From Malacoraja senta (lineage: Eukaryota): a DNA stretch of 64,000 nt. Positions 38,166-51,699 of the stretch are shown here, in pieces. Position 1 is the stretch's first letter, and the number at the start of each line of letters is the position of its first letter. Below the pieces are notes generated by a model. The model did not search any database. It was given only the letters and a program-made list of their open reading frames with translations, and had not been told where the DNA came from. A program made the translations under genes and the position numbers. The DNA lies in contig CM075994.1 in NCBI GenBank assembly GCA_038087875.1, positions 7,876,001-7,940,000 on the forward strand. The letters are read 5' to 3'.

Positions 38166-39691
38166 ACACCTTCGCTCAGTCTGCCTGGACATACCTGATC
38201 TCCCGGTTACCGGACACTTTAATTCTCGTTCCCATTCCCACTGACCTTTCTGTCCTCGGTCTCCTCCATTGTCAGAGTGAGGCTAAACGCAAATTGGAGG
38301 AAGAGCATCTCATATTTCGCTTTGGGCAGCTTACACCCCAGTGGTATGAATATTGATTTCTCTCACTTCAGGTAGCCCCGGCATTCCCTCTCTCTCTATC
38401 CCTCCCCCACCCAAGTCACACCAGCTTCTCGTTCTCACCCAACAAACAGCTAACAATGGCCTGTTTCCTTTATCATCATTACATTTGTGCACGTCATTCA
38501 TTCATTGTTCCTTATCTCTCCACATCACCGTCTATATCTCTTGTTTCCCTTATCCCAGAACCAGTCTGAAAGGCCTCGACCCGAAACGTCACCCATTCCA
38601 ACTCTCCAGAGATGCTGCCTGTCCTGCTGAGTTACTCCAGCTTTTTGTGTCTATCTTCTGTTTAAACCAGCATCCTTCTTACACAATCTTTTTAGTTTAG
38701 TTTAGTTTAGAGATACAGTGAGGAAACAGGCCCTTTGGCCAACCGAGTCCGGACCGACCAGCGATCCCCGCACATTAACACTATCCTACACTAGGCACAT
38801 TGAAAAAAACATTTATACCAAGCCAATTAACCTACAAACCTGCACGTCTTTGGTGTGTGGGAGGAAACCGAAGATCTCGGAGAAAACCCATGCAGGTGAC
38901 AGGGAGAACGTACAAACTCCGTACAGGCAGACCCCGTAGTTGGGATCGAACCCGGGTCTCCGACGCTGTGAGACAGCAACTCTGCTAGAGAAGGTCGGCT
39001 GGTCAGGCGGAGGGAAAGGGGGAGGGAAAGGGAATGGGCGACGTTTCCGGTCGGGACCCTTCTTCACGGGGGAGGGGGGAGAGAGTCGGAGTGAAGAGGA
39101 GGGGGGGATTGATGATCTGAGGAAGGGGGAAAGTGAGAGGGATCAGTGGATGGACAGACACAAAATGCTGGAGTAACTCAGCAGGACAGGCAGCATCTCT
39201 GGAGAAAAGGAATGGGTGACGTTTCGGGTCGAGACCCTTCTTCACACTGGGTTCTTCAGGTAGATGGATGGGAGGCAGACAGGAAAAAGAAGGAATGGAA
39301 GGAGATGGAGACAAGGGAGGGGAGGATGAATGTGGAGGGGGCTACTGGAAAATGGTGAACTGAAACACAAAAACAGTGCTGGAATCTGATGCATAAGTCA
39401 TTCATTCATCATCATCGTTGAAAACATTAGTGACGCAGTGGTGCTGGTATCCAATGGGAACGGTGACAGACGCACCACACATCTCTGTCCTCCAGTTCCT
39501 GCGGACTTCCGCCGCTGGAAGTATAGGATTTTGGTGTGTGTGTGGTTTATCACCATTCCTTACAGTGCTATGTACGACAGTGATCGCAACTTCTACTGAA
39601 GTGTGGATGGCCGCTGGCTCACTAGAAGCTCATCCGCCCTTTCACAGGTCTTGTATTTGGTCCAGCTGGGGGTCCACAGCCCCCTCCTCAC

Positions 39692-39801
39692 CTGGCAAAC
39701 CAGGTGGGGGAGACGGTTTAGTCGCTGACTATCCGACGATGGAGCAGGTAGCACGGTATAACATGGTACCCGTGGTGGAGGGGAACTCCCCCCGACTTGA
39801 C
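39692..39801 (-). other. Candidate further or alternative 3' exon in the unique island 39370-39830
   Basis: Strong acceptor tttctttcattttcAG at 39801 and possible donor CAG|gtgagg at 39692; reading frame unresolved. Confidence 0.3.
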
Positions 39802-41524
39802 CTGAAAATGAAAGAAATAATGGGAAGCACACAAAATCTGATTAGTGCGGTTGTCAGGGGTTACGGGGAGGAGAATGGGGTTCGGAGGGCGAGATAGATC
39901 AGCCATGATTGAATGGCGGAGTAGACTTGATGGGCCGAATGGCTTAATTCTGCTCCTATCACTTATGACCTTAAACTGCTGGAGTAACTCAGCTGTTTTG
40001 GGACGGAAGAGTCTCGGCACGAAACATCACCCATTCCTTTACTCCAGAGATGATGCATGACCCACTGAGTTACTCCAGAACCTTTGTGTCTATCTTCGGT
40101 GAAAAGCAGCATCTGCAGATCCTTCCCACACACAGTGATAGGGGTTATGGGGAGAAGGCAGGAGTTGAGAGGGAGAGATAGACCAGCCACAATTGAACGG
40201 CGGAGTAGACTTGATGGGCTGAATGGCCTAATTCTGCTCCTATTATTTATGACGTAATGGGAAGTGTTATGAAGAGATAAAGAGCAGATAAAGGCATGGA
40301 GATTTGCAGCATGGAAACAGGCCCTTCAGCCCAACATGCTCATGACGAACATGATGGCCCATCTACATTAATCCCACCTGCCCACATTTGGCCCATATCT
40401 CTCTCAAATAAAAATAAGGGGGAGGCCATTTAGGACTTTAAGAATAAGGGGCAGGCCATTTAGGACTGAGATGAGGAAAAACTTCTTCACTCAGAGAGTT
40501 GTGAATCTGTGGAATTCTCTGCCACAGAAGGCAGTGGAGGCCAATTCACTGAATATTTTCAAGTTAGATTTAGCTCTTGGGGCTAACGGAATCAAGGGAT
40601 GTGGGGAGAAAGCAGGAATGGGGTACTGATTGTGGATGATCAGCCATGACCATATTGAATGGCGGTGCTGGCTCGAAGAGCTGAATGGCCTCCTCCAGCA
40701 CCTATTTCTGATGTTTCATCCTTCCCTGTCTATGTACCTGTCCAGTTGTCTTTTAAAGGTTGTTCTAGTACCAGCCTCAACTACCTCCTCCGGCAGCTCG
40801 TTCCATACACCCAACACCCTTTGAGTAGAAAAGTTGCCCTTCAAGTTCCTATCTATCCCCTCTCACTTTGAAACCGATGTCCTCTGGTTCTTGATTTCCC
40901 TACTCGGAGTAAAAGATTTGGAAGGGGTACTTTGAAGTAACATGCACTATGGATAAATAGGAATTGGTGGATGTGCTTCAGAAGAGTTTTCTTTAAGAAA
41001 GAACTGCAGATGCTGGAAAAATCAAAGGTAGACAAAAAATGCTGGAGAAACTCAGCGGGTGAGGCAGCATCTATGGAGAGAAGGAATAGGTGATGTTTCG
41101 TTGTCTATTCCTTCTCTCCATAGATGCTGCCTCACCCGCTGAGTTTCTCCAGCATTTTATGTCTACTGAAGACTTTTCTTTAGTCACAGGGTGGTGAATC
41201 TGTGGAATTCATTGCCGCTGACGTTTGTGGTGGGCAAGTCAATGGATATTTATACAGTGGTGATTGACTGATTCTTGATTAGTACGAGTGTCAGGGGTTA
41301 TGGGGAGAAGGCAGGAGAATGGGTTAGGAGGGAGAGATAGATCAGCCATGATTGAATGGCGGAGTATACTTGTTGGGCCGAATGGCCTAATTCTGCTTCT
41401 GTGACTTATGAACATATAAACTTTTATTAAGGTGCCACATCAAAGTTTATTAGTTTAGTTTAGAGATACAGCGCAGAAACAGTCCCTTCGGCCCACCTAG
41501 TCCACGCCGACCAGCGTGCAAACT

Positions 41525-43555
41525 CGACCCCATCATCATCGACGGCCACTGGAAACGAGTATGACTGTCCTCCCCTCTCTATAGGGTCGTCTACTTGTGG
41601 GTCTGCAGTTGTCTGTAGAGGCCGATCCACGATCCACACACCTTGGTGCAACGTGGGCAGTGGAGACTGGCGGTGGTTGGTAGACGTCGAGCCCCCTTCT
41701 CTCTCTCCTTACGGTGCTGTCACTTTGTCTCTGCGACACGGCGTAGTTCCGTCTCGTGACGTGCAGCTCCTTCCCTGCACGGATTTCCTCCAGGAGCCCC
41801 TGTCCTGTGCAATGTGCTCCCAGTTGCCCGATGTGATGTGGAGTTTCTTCAGACTGTTTCGTGATGTTGTCCTTGAAGCGTTTCTTTGTCCCGCCGGCGG
41901 GCTCGCCTGTGAATATGCAAGAATGGGGATGTGTTGGGAATGTGAGGTGACTGTGAAACTTGGCTTCACAGGTGGTGGCATCACGGGTGCTGGGGACCCT
42001 ATTCCTGGAAATTACGTGACCCGCCTGTGGCCACCCAGTCTGGACCCCTGAAGAAGTTCCTGTTTTGTTTCAATGTACTGATGCTTGTTCTGTATCTGTG
42101 ATTGGGCTAAAGGGTTGCCTCCCTCTGTACTTTCCTGCCACTGTATAGATAGGGGATCAGTTCATTGGGTCATCTTTCTTTCTGTTCTGTTCGCACGAGG
42201 CTGCTACAGGCTCGGGTGAGTGGACCTGAAGCCGACCCCGCGGTGAATAAAGGGTTTGGACTACAGTATTCGGTTCAGTGTTTTACTGACCCAGACTAGG
42301 GAGGGTAAAAGAACCAGAATCAACATGCCGACCTTCCTTTCGGGAGATGTGTACCTTGTGGTCATCCCTTCCGAAGAGTCCACCAGGGACTATACTGGAT
42401 GTTGCCGAGACTGGGTCTTGGTCTAGCGGGGGGCTGTGCTGTCTGTGGGCTGGATGGAGGTCTTGAAGGTTTACGTAGGTGGGCATGTCGACAGAGGATT
42501 GTGGTGGGAGGTGGGGGCATTCCAGAGGGAAATTGCTTCAGGGAAAATGACAGGATGTAGGGAGTGGAGACGCGTGTTGTTGAACTACAAGTCGCTTGTT
42601 GCGGATTCTTCTAGATCTTGTTGTTTGTCTCTTTGACGTATAAGACACGCTAGAGGCAGGAAACATGTTCCCGGTGTTGGGGGAGCCCAGAACCAGAGCC
42701 CACAGTTTAAGAATAATGGGTAAGCCATTTAGATGAGGAAAAACGTTTTTTCACACAGAGAGTTGTGAATCTGTGGAATTCTCTGCCACAGAAGGCAGTG
42801 GAGGCCAATTCACTGGATCTTTTCAAGAAAGAGTTAGATATAGCTCTTAAAGATAGCGGAGTGAAGGGATATGGGGAGAAGGCAGGAACGGGGTACTGAT
42901 TGTGGATGATCAGCCCTGATCACAGTGAATGACGGTGCTGGCTCAAAGGGCCGAATGGTCTCCTCCTGCACCCGTTGTCCATTGTCTATTGTGTATGTCA
43001 GCGTCGAGGTGGATGTCGTAGTTGATGATCTTGTGAATAGTCAGTCTGAGCATCTGGCGTTTGGTTTCAAGGGACTCCCAGTTTTAGTCGGCGAGCGTTG
43101 TCACTGGATTGTCGTCTGAAGTTGCCGCACGCAAACCGGGCTGCTCTTGGTTGAACATTTTGCAGAACACCTTTATTTCTCTTGGTACCGGGGTTCCAAG
43201 CAGCGGAGACATACTCCAAGTGCGGTTGGACTATGGTTTAGCACTATTTATTTCAACAGGTTTAGAACCACGGTGGAAGTTCCATTGGACAAAGTTGAGC
43301 ATCTTCTTGGCTTTGTTTGCAGCATAATGTGACTGCTTTGTCCCACTTCAGCTTGTCTTGTGTAACACACCCAGTCAAAAGCCTTCGTCAGGTCTATGAA
43401 GGCCATGTACAGAGGCTGACTTTGTTCAGGGCATTTTTCCTGGAGTTGGCCGTGCTGTGAAGATCACGTCTGCTGTACCTCTGGCTGGGCGGAAGCCGCG
43501 CGGTGATTCTGGCAGTACCACCGCAGACAGTGGTCGAAGTTGGCTTGCGAGGTGA
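41525..43555 (-). mobile_element. Degenerate RTE-clade LINE, interrupted by an LTR-like insert and a CR1 fragment
   Basis: Peptides GFRPARGTADVIFTAR, LYMAFIDLTKAFD, GQRKRFKD and GNWEHIAQDRGSWRKSV. Confidence 0.7.
41932..42325 (+). mobile_element. Candidate solo LTR (394 bp)
   Basis: TGTTG...CAACA termini; internal ATTGG (CCAAT box), TATA-like tatagat and AATAAA in the expected order; no clear TSD. Confidence 0.55.
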
Positions 43556-43880
43556 CGAGCAAGGACTTTGCCTGTTGTTGACGGCACACACATACAACAG
43601 AACTCGAGGTCAGGATGGAACCCGGGTCTCTGGCGCCGTGAGGCAGCGTCTCTACCCGCTGCACCACCGTGCCGCCCCAAGTACAGGCGAGAAAGTACAG
43701 GCGTGAAAGTTCCGACCTACGATCACCCGTTCCCACTAGTTCCATGTGGTCCCACTTTTCCCTACACTCCCTGGGCAATTTACAGCGGGCCAATCAACCC
43801 CCCAAAAAAGCACATCTTTGGGATGTGGGAGGAAACCGGTGTACCAGGAGGAAACCCACGCGGTCACAGGGAGAAAGTAT

Positions 43881-44312
43881 ACACACAGACACACACACAG
43901 ACAGACACGCACACACACACACAAACAGACACGCACACAGACACACACACACACACACACAGACAGACACGCACACACACGCACACACACAGACACACAC
44001 ACAAACTCACACTCACAAACTCACACTCACAAACTCACACTCACAAACTGACTCACACACGCATAGACACACACAGATGCACACAGACACACACACACAC
44101 AGACAGACGCACACACACACACGCACACACACACACAGACAGACGCACACACAGACACTCACAAACTCACACACGCATAGACACACACACAGATGCACAC
44201 ACACACACACACACACAAACTCACACTCACGCACAGACACACAGACACACAGACACACACACAAACTCACACTCACATACAGACACGCACACAGACACAC
44301 ACACACACACAG
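43881..44312. repeat. Compound (CA)n/(CAGA)n microsatellite inside a SINE; similar tracts at 28460-28860 and 60920-61120
   Basis: Direct observation. Confidence 0.95.
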
Positions 44313-44905
44313 ACAGTGCCCAAGGTCAGGATTGAACCCGTGTCTCTGGCACCATGAGGCAGCAGCTCTACCCGATGCGCCACCGTGCCGTCATTTAGTT
44401 TGCTTTCCGACAAGGGAAATAATTTACAAGAATACGGTGGCACAGCGCCTCACAGCGCCAGAGACCCAGGTTCCATCCTGACTACGGGTGCTGTCTGTAC
44501 GGAGTTTGTACGTTCTCCCCGTGATCGCATGGGTTTTCTCCGGGTGCTCCGGTTTCCTCCCACACTCCAAAGACGTGCAGGTTTGTAGGTCAATTAGCTT
44601 GGCATAAATGTAAATTGACCCCGGTGTGTGTGTGTGTGTGTGTGTGTAGGAAGGTGTTAGTGTGCGTGGATCGCTGGTCGGTGTGGACTCGGTGGGCCGA
44701 AGGGCCTGTTTCCGCGCTGTATCTCTACAACTAACCCCCCCCTCCCCAAAATACAGATGTGCATATAAATATGAATGTATAAAAAAATAAATATTCCAAC
44801 TGCTGGGCACGTCATCTTGATCAAAGTCGCTGAGGAGCATCTTGTGAGGGGTGACCCCTGAGCCGTCGGTGGGCAGAGGCGTGGCGAACACTGATTAGGG
44901 CGAGC

Positions 44906-44926
44906 TCAGGCCTCCACAGCCAGGAC
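44906..44926 (-). CDS. Candidate terminal coding exon of the unidentified gene (VLAVEA*)
   Basis: Acceptor ttgtctcgttgcAG in a unique island; the phase-0 reading stops after 6 codons; no nearby poly(A) signal seen. Confidence 0.3.
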   Translation of the reverse strand, partial: VLAVEA

Positions 44927-46725
44927 CTGCAACGAGACAACAAGGACTGAGGAAGGGTCCCAACCCGAAACGTCACCGATGCACATCATAAGCGGTCATA
45001 AGCGATAGGAGTAGAATTGGGCCATTCGGCCCATCAAGTCCACTCCGCCATTCAATCATGGCTGATCTATCTCTCCGGGGTGGGAGATTGCAACCTTCAC
45101 GTGGTCCGTCCTGTTTCGACAGACGCAATCAACCCGGCGTGCACAATCAAATAAGATCAAATAGAACAAGTTGTCCTACAACTTTAGGCTTTAGACACGC
45201 CATACGCAAGAAGGAGGTCTATCTCTCCCTCCTAACCCCATTCTCCTGTCTTCTCCCCATAATTGCACAAATCGAACGGACAAACTCCGTACAGACAGCA
45301 CCTGTAGTCATAGTTATAGAAACATATAAAATGATAAAAAGGACTGGACAAGCTAGATGCAGGAAAAATGCTCCCAATGTTGGGCGAGTCCAGAACCAGG
45401 GGCCACAGTCTTAGAAAAAAGGGGAGGTCATTTAAGACTGAGGTGAGAAAAAACTTTTTCACCCAGAGAGTTGTGAATTTGTGGAATTCCCTGCCACAGA
45501 GGGCAGTGGAGGCCAAATCACTGGATGGATTTAAGAGAGAGTTAGATAAAGCTCTAGGGGCTAGTGGAATCAAGGGATATGGGGAGAAGGCAGGCACGGG
45601 TTATTGATTGGGGACGATCAGCCATGATCACAATGAATGGTGGTGCTGGCTCGAAGGGCCGAATGGCCTCCTCCAGTACCCATTTTCTGTGTTTCCATGT
45701 AATCCCTGCCACCTGCACTAATCAAGAATCCATCCTTAAAAAATATCCACAGACTTGGTCTCCTGTGGCAAAGATTCACCACCCACTGACCGAAGAAATT
45801 CCTCCTCCTTCCTAAAGGGACGTCCTTTAATGCTGAGGCTGTGACCTCTGGTCCTAGACTCTCCCACTAGTGGAAACATCCTCTCCACATCCACTCTATC
45901 CAGGCCTGTCAATATTCAGTGTGTTTCAATGAGGTTCTGCAGAGATGCTGCCCGAGCCGCTGAGTTACTCTGGCACTCTGTGTTCTAAGCAAGATTCCCG
46001 CATCTGATCGAGGAGAGTTCCGATGGATTGTTTTCTCTGGAACGACGGTGGCCAAGGGGAGACTTGGGAGGAGCAGTAGGGGTGGTGCCCCTATCCATAG
46101 AGTGGTGACCTGGACTGCATGCAATCTGTCTGAAGAAGGGCCTCGACCCGAAACATCGCCCATACCTTCTCTCCAGAGAAGCTGCCTGTCCCACTGAGTT
46201 ACTCCAGCATTTTGTGTCTACCTGGATTTTCTGAAAATCCAGGTAGACAACATCTACAGCCTCCCTTCTGTCTGTCCTGCTATTAACTTCTTCAAAGAAC
46301 TCCAGCAGATTCGTCAGGCAAGAAACGTCACCGATGCACATCATAAGCGGCCATAAGGACATGTGATAGGAGCAGAATGAGGCCATTCGGCCCATCAAGT
46401 CTACTCCGCCATTCAATCACGACTGATCTATCTCTCCCTCCTAACCCCATTCTCCTACCTTCTCCCCATAATCCCTGACACCCGTACTAATCAAGAATCT
46501 ACAACTAAAAACCCCAAAATACAGATGTGCATTTAAATATGAATGTATATAAAACTAAATATTCCTACTGCTGGGCACCTCATCTTGATCAAAGTCACTG
46601 TGGAGCATCTTGTGAGGGGTGACCCCGAGCCATCGTTGGGCAGAGGCGTGGCGAACACTGAAGGGGTTTTCTTGCCTTCACAAAACCATGCTGACTTTGG
46701 CCTATTTTATCGTGGGCTTCTAATG

Positions 46726-47040
46726 GGCCTGTCCCACTGTTCGAACTAATTCAAGAGTTCTCCCGAGTTTCCCCTGATTCAAACTCGGAAAATTACGGTA
46801 AAGGCCGCTCGTAGGTACTCGGGGCTCTCGTGGACATTTTTCAACATGGTTTTCAACATGTTGAAAAATCTTCACGTGTCTTCCCGAGCTGACTGCGTTC
46901 CCAGAGTACCTGCCGTTAGCGTTACGAGCCGCTAAGAGACGTCCCGTGCTCCGACGTACCCGCAACGTACATTCTCCGTGCTTACCACGAGATTGATTTT
47001 TTTTTTTAAAACTCGGGAGAGCTCTTGAATGGCCTCATAC
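46726..47040. mobile_element. Truncated non-autonomous DNA transposon starting GGGCCTGTCCCACT
   Basis: TIR-like start after taat; internal inverted segments aagagttctcccgagttt / aaactcgggagagctctt. Confidence 0.5.
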
Positions 47041-47138
47041 AGAGGGTGCCGCGTAACTTCATCCTTTCTAATTGACCAATTATACACGGCCTGTTTCGAA
47101 GCCGTGCGAGTCTGGGATTCGGATCAGGAACGCCGTAC

Positions 47139-47246
47139 CTGCCTGGGCGTGGGCTGCCGACACCCGTCGCTGATCCTGGGCCGGGTCAAGGGCAGTGCCA
47201 CCCGCCATGCCAGCCTTCCCTGCGGGCACACATCGCCACTGTCAGT
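47139..47246 (-). CDS. Exon D of the unidentified gene (TDSGDVCPQGRLAWRVALPLTRPRISDGCRQPTPRQ)
   Basis: 108 nt, cttctctcttgcAG / gtacgg; only phase 0 is open, compatible with exon C. Confidence 0.55.
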
Positions 47247-48679
47247 CTGCAAGAGAGAAGCTCGTTAGTCACAGAGTCATCGAGTCGTACGGCGTCGAGA
47301 CTTTTACAAGCATGACTGGGTCAACCTGTGATCAGTGTTTGTCGGCACTGGGCCTGTACTCGCTGGAGTCTGGAAGGATGAGCTTATTAAAACTTACCGA
47401 ATAGTGAAAGGCCTGGACAGAGTGGATGTGGAGAGGATCTTTCCACTGGTGGGAGAGTCTAGGACTAGAGGTCACAGCCTCAGAATTAAAGGGCGCTCTT
47501 TTAGAAAGGAGGAGAGGAGGAACTTCTTTAGTCAGAGGGTGGTCAATCTGTGGAACTCATTGCCGCAGAGGGCTGTGGGGGCCGTCAGTGGATATTTTTA
47601 AGCAGAGATACATAAATTCTTGATTCGAACGGGTGTCGGTGGTTATGGGGAGAAGGCAGGAGAATGGGATTAGGAGGCAGAGATCAGCCATGATTGAATG
47701 GCGTAGACACGATGGGCCAAATGGCCTAATTCTACTCCTATAACTTGTGAACTTGTGAAACAGGCCCTTCGGCCCAACTTGCCCACACCGGCCAACATGC
47801 CCTATCTACACTAGTCCCACCTGCCTGCGTTTGGCCCATATCCCTCAAAACCTGTCCTATCCATGTACCTGTCTAACTGTTTCTTAAACGTTGGGATAGT
47901 CCCAGCCTCAACTACCTCCTCTGGCAGCTTGTTCCATACACCCACCACCCTTTGTGTGAAAAAGTTACCCCTCAGATTCCTATTAAATCTTTTCCCCTTC
48001 ACCTTAAACCTATGTCCTCTGGTCCTCGATTCCCCTACTCTGGGCGAGAGGCTCTGTGCGTCTACCCGATCTATTCCTCTCATGATTTTACACACTACCC
48101 CTCATCCTCCTGCACTCCACGGAATACAGTCACAGTCTACTTAACCTCTCCCTGTAGCTCACACCCTCTAGTCCTGGCAACATCCTCGTAAATCTTCTCT
48201 GTACCCTTGTGTTGGAAGGAACTGCAAATGCTGGTTTGAACCGAAGAACAGCATCTCATATTCCGCTTGGGCAGCTTACAGCCCCGCGGCATGAGTATTG
48301 ATTTCTCTCACTTCAGGTAGCCCCAGTATTCCCTCTCTCTCCATCCCTCACCGAAGAATGGCAGCTTTGCACAAGTTCGATGCTCAGCAATTCTGTTGCA
48401 AGTGCACCCCCCAAATCTCGTTCTCACCCAGCAAACAGCTAACGATGGCCTGCTTCCTTTATCATTGTAACTTTTTTGCATATCTTTCATTCATTGTTCT
48501 TTATCTCTCTGCATCACCGTCTATATCTCTTGTTTCCCTTATCCCTGACTCTCAGTCTGAAGAAGAGACTCGACCCGAAACGTCACCCGTTCCTTCTCTC
48601 CAGAGATGCTGCCCGTCCCGCTGAGTTGCTCCAGCTTTTTGTGTCTATTCTTTGCACCCTTTCCAGCTTGTTGGGTGAC

Positions 48680-50790
48680 TGCAGCGGGTACTGGGCAGGC
48701 AGGAGGTGGGCACATGACCAGGCAGTACATGTAGTATGTAGTACCCGCCCTGGAACAGAATGACGTGGCATTGAATGCATGGCGGGCACTTGCCCTGCCA
48801 GAGTTGGAGCAGGGCCTGAGACAATACCCACGAGCATCGAGCGCGCCTGGCAGTTGGCTGGCACTCATCCCTGTTGCAGAATGAGCAGGCATTGAGCACG
48901 TGCCAGGCAGCAGGTAGACACTTGCCAATGCAAGAGATTGACTGGGCACGGGGCACATGCAGGCACTCATTGTGAAACAGTGCGAACTGGCATTTGAACC
49001 CATGCCAGGCACTCACCTTGCCAGAACTCAAATGGGCACCGGATTCATGGCATGCAGCAGTTCAGCTGGGTACGTTCCATGTGCCAAGCTGGCACGCCCA
49101 GCGCCAGTACAGACGGCCACTGTCAAGTTGGCACGCCCTGCAACAAAATTACTGAGCAGCGAACCTGTGCAAGGCTGCCATTCCTCTGCAAGAGTAGTTT
49201 GTCGGCACTGGGCCTGTACTCGCTGGAGTTTAGAAAAATGAGGGGGACCTCATTGAAACGTACAGAATAGTGAAAGGCCTGGATAGAGTGGATGTGGAGA
49301 GGATGTTTCCACTAGTGGGAGAGTCTAGGACCAGAGGGCACAGCCTCAGAATTAAAGGGTGCTCTTTTAGAAAGGAGGTGAGGAGGAACTTCTTTAGTCA
49401 GAGGGTGGTGAATCTGTGGAACTCATTGCCACAAAGGGCGGTGGAGGCCAAATTAGTGGATATTTTTAAGGCAGAGAGAGACACATGTTTGACTAGAACG
49501 GTGTCAAGGGTTATGGGAAGAAGGCAGGAAAATGGGAGTAGGAGGGAGAGATCAACCGTGATTGAATGGTGGAGTGGACTTGATGGGCCGAATGGCCTAA
49601 TTCTACTCCTATAACTTGTGAACCTATGAACAGTATGAATGGGCTTTGAACATGTGGCAGGCACTGGCCCTGCAAGAGTTTGACTGTGTACCAAGCGTGT
49701 GCCAGCCGTTACAGACCCTGCGACAGTATGATGGCGCACTGGGCAGGTGGGCACTTGCTCTGTAGCCGTAGGAAACAGGCAATGAGTACGTGCCAGGCAG
49801 CAGGTAGGCACTGCCAATGCAAGAGCTCGACTGGGAACTGCAGGCAGCAGGTACTCAACCTGCGATAGCATGAGCGGGCATTGAAACCCGTGCCAGGAAC
49901 TCACCCTGCCAAGAGCGAGTGTCTGGCACGTGGCAAGTGGCAGTTCTACTGGATACCAGTCACTGCCAAGCTGGCACCCGCCCTGCAACATAATTGCCTG
50001 GCATCTGACACGTGCCAGCCACTCGCCCAGCAAGAGTTCAACTGGGCACCGGGGCAGGTGCCAGGCTGGCACGAGACCTACGAGAGAATGACTTGGCACT
50101 TGGCTGGTGGCAGGCTGGCACTGGCCCTGCAAGAGTTCAATTGTTCACGGGGCACGTGCCAACAACAGGCTGGCACTGGCCCTGCAAGAGTTTGATTGGG
50201 CATCGAGCACGTGCCAACAGCAGGCTGGCACTGGCCCTGCAAGAGTTTGATCAGGCACGGAGCACATGCCAACAGTAGGCTGGCGCTCACACTGCAGGAT
50301 TTGGACTGGGAGTTGAGCATGCACCAGGTTGCAAATTGCCATGCATCAAAATGACTGGGCAGGCAGCGGGCTGGCACTGGCCCTGCCACAGTACCAGCGG
50401 GCATCGAGTACATGCCAGGCAGCAGGTAGGCACTGCCAGTGCAAGAGATCGATCGGGCGCCGGGCAGATGCCAAGCAGCAGGGACACAACCTGCGGCAGT
50501 GCAAACGGGCATCGAAAACCCATGCCAGGAACTCAGCCTGCCGGAGCTCAACTGGGATCCGGGCAAGTGGCAGTTCTACTGGGTACCAGTCACTGCCAGG
50601 CTGGCACTCGCCCTGCAACAGAATGGCCCGGCATCTAACATGTGCCAGGCACTCGCCAAGCAAGAGTTCAACTGGGCACCGGGCACGCACCCGCCCAGTG
50701 ACAGAATGACTAGGCACCCGACCAGTGGGCACTTACTCCACGACAGTACAAACTGGCATCAGGATGGCACGCAACCTGCGACAGAATCCT
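48680..50790. repeat. Degenerate GC-rich minisatellite array (ggctggcactggccctgcaagagtt...gcacgtgcca), interrupted by CR1 at 49195-49625
   Basis: Clear units of about 56 bp at 50110-50280 and higher-order duplication (49780-50060 vs 50400-50690). Confidence 0.8.
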
Positions 50791-51473
50791 GTATCTCTGC
50801 ACTGTGAACGGCTCATAAGGGCATTCAATCATGGCTGATCTATCTCTCCCTCCCAACCCCATTCTCCTCCCCATAACCCCTGACATTTACTTGGACTCCA
50901 CAGCCTTCTGTGGCAAAGAATTCCACAGATTCACCACCCTCTGACGAAATAAATTCCTCCTCATCGCCTTCATAAAGGAATGTCATTCTCCTGCCTTCTC
51001 CCCATAACCCCTGACACCCGTACTAATCAAGAATCTATCTATCTCTGCCTCAAAAATATCCACTGGCTTGGCCTCCACTGCCATCTGTGGCAAAGAATTC
51101 CACAGATTCACCACCCTCTGACTAAAGAAATTTCTCCTCATCTCCTACCTGAAGGGACGTCCTTTAATTGTGAGGCTGTGATCTCTAATCCTAGACTCTC
51201 CCACCAGTGGAAACATCCTCTCCACATCCACTCTATCCAGGCCTTTCACTATTCTGTATGTTTCAATGAGGTCCCCCCCCCTCTATTCCTCTAAACTCCA
51301 GCGAGTACAGGCCCAGTGCCGACAAACGCTCATCGCCAGCTCGATTGGAATCAGGCAAGGTCTTTCCGCTGACTGGTTAGCACGCAACATAAAACCATTC
51401 AGCCCGACCCTGGTACACGAGACAGTGAACAAAAGACTGAAACGGACCTGACTGCAGGAGTAAGCCCTCACAC

Positions 51474-51531
51474 CTTTTTCACCAACCGCGGGGTCCGTGG
51501 GTGGGGTGGGCTTGTGTGTGTCTTGATATAT
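51474..51531 (-). CDS. Exon C of the unidentified gene (YIKTHTSPPHPRTPRLVKK)
   Basis: 58 nt, ctttgcctgtttgcAG / gtgtga, phase 2->0, compatible with exon B. Confidence 0.6.
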
Positions 51532-51699
51532 CTGCAAACAGGCAAAGCACAAGCACTCAGTTTATGCACGTGAAGGAACCGCAGGTGGCTGTCTTAAACC
51601 AAAGCCAGACATAAAAAGCTGGAGTAACTCAGCGGGCCAGGCAGCATCTCTGGAGAGAAGGAATGGGTGATGTTTTGGGTCAACACCCTTCTTCAGACA

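Noticed and set aside
43568..44481. His/Thr-rich and Cys/Val-rich ORFs (also 60820-61716)
   Set aside because: (CA)n microsatellite translations
45985..46109. Possible exon of the unidentified gene
   Set aside because: Acceptor lacks a pyrimidine tract, no donor found, bounded by Penelope fragments; not called as a feature
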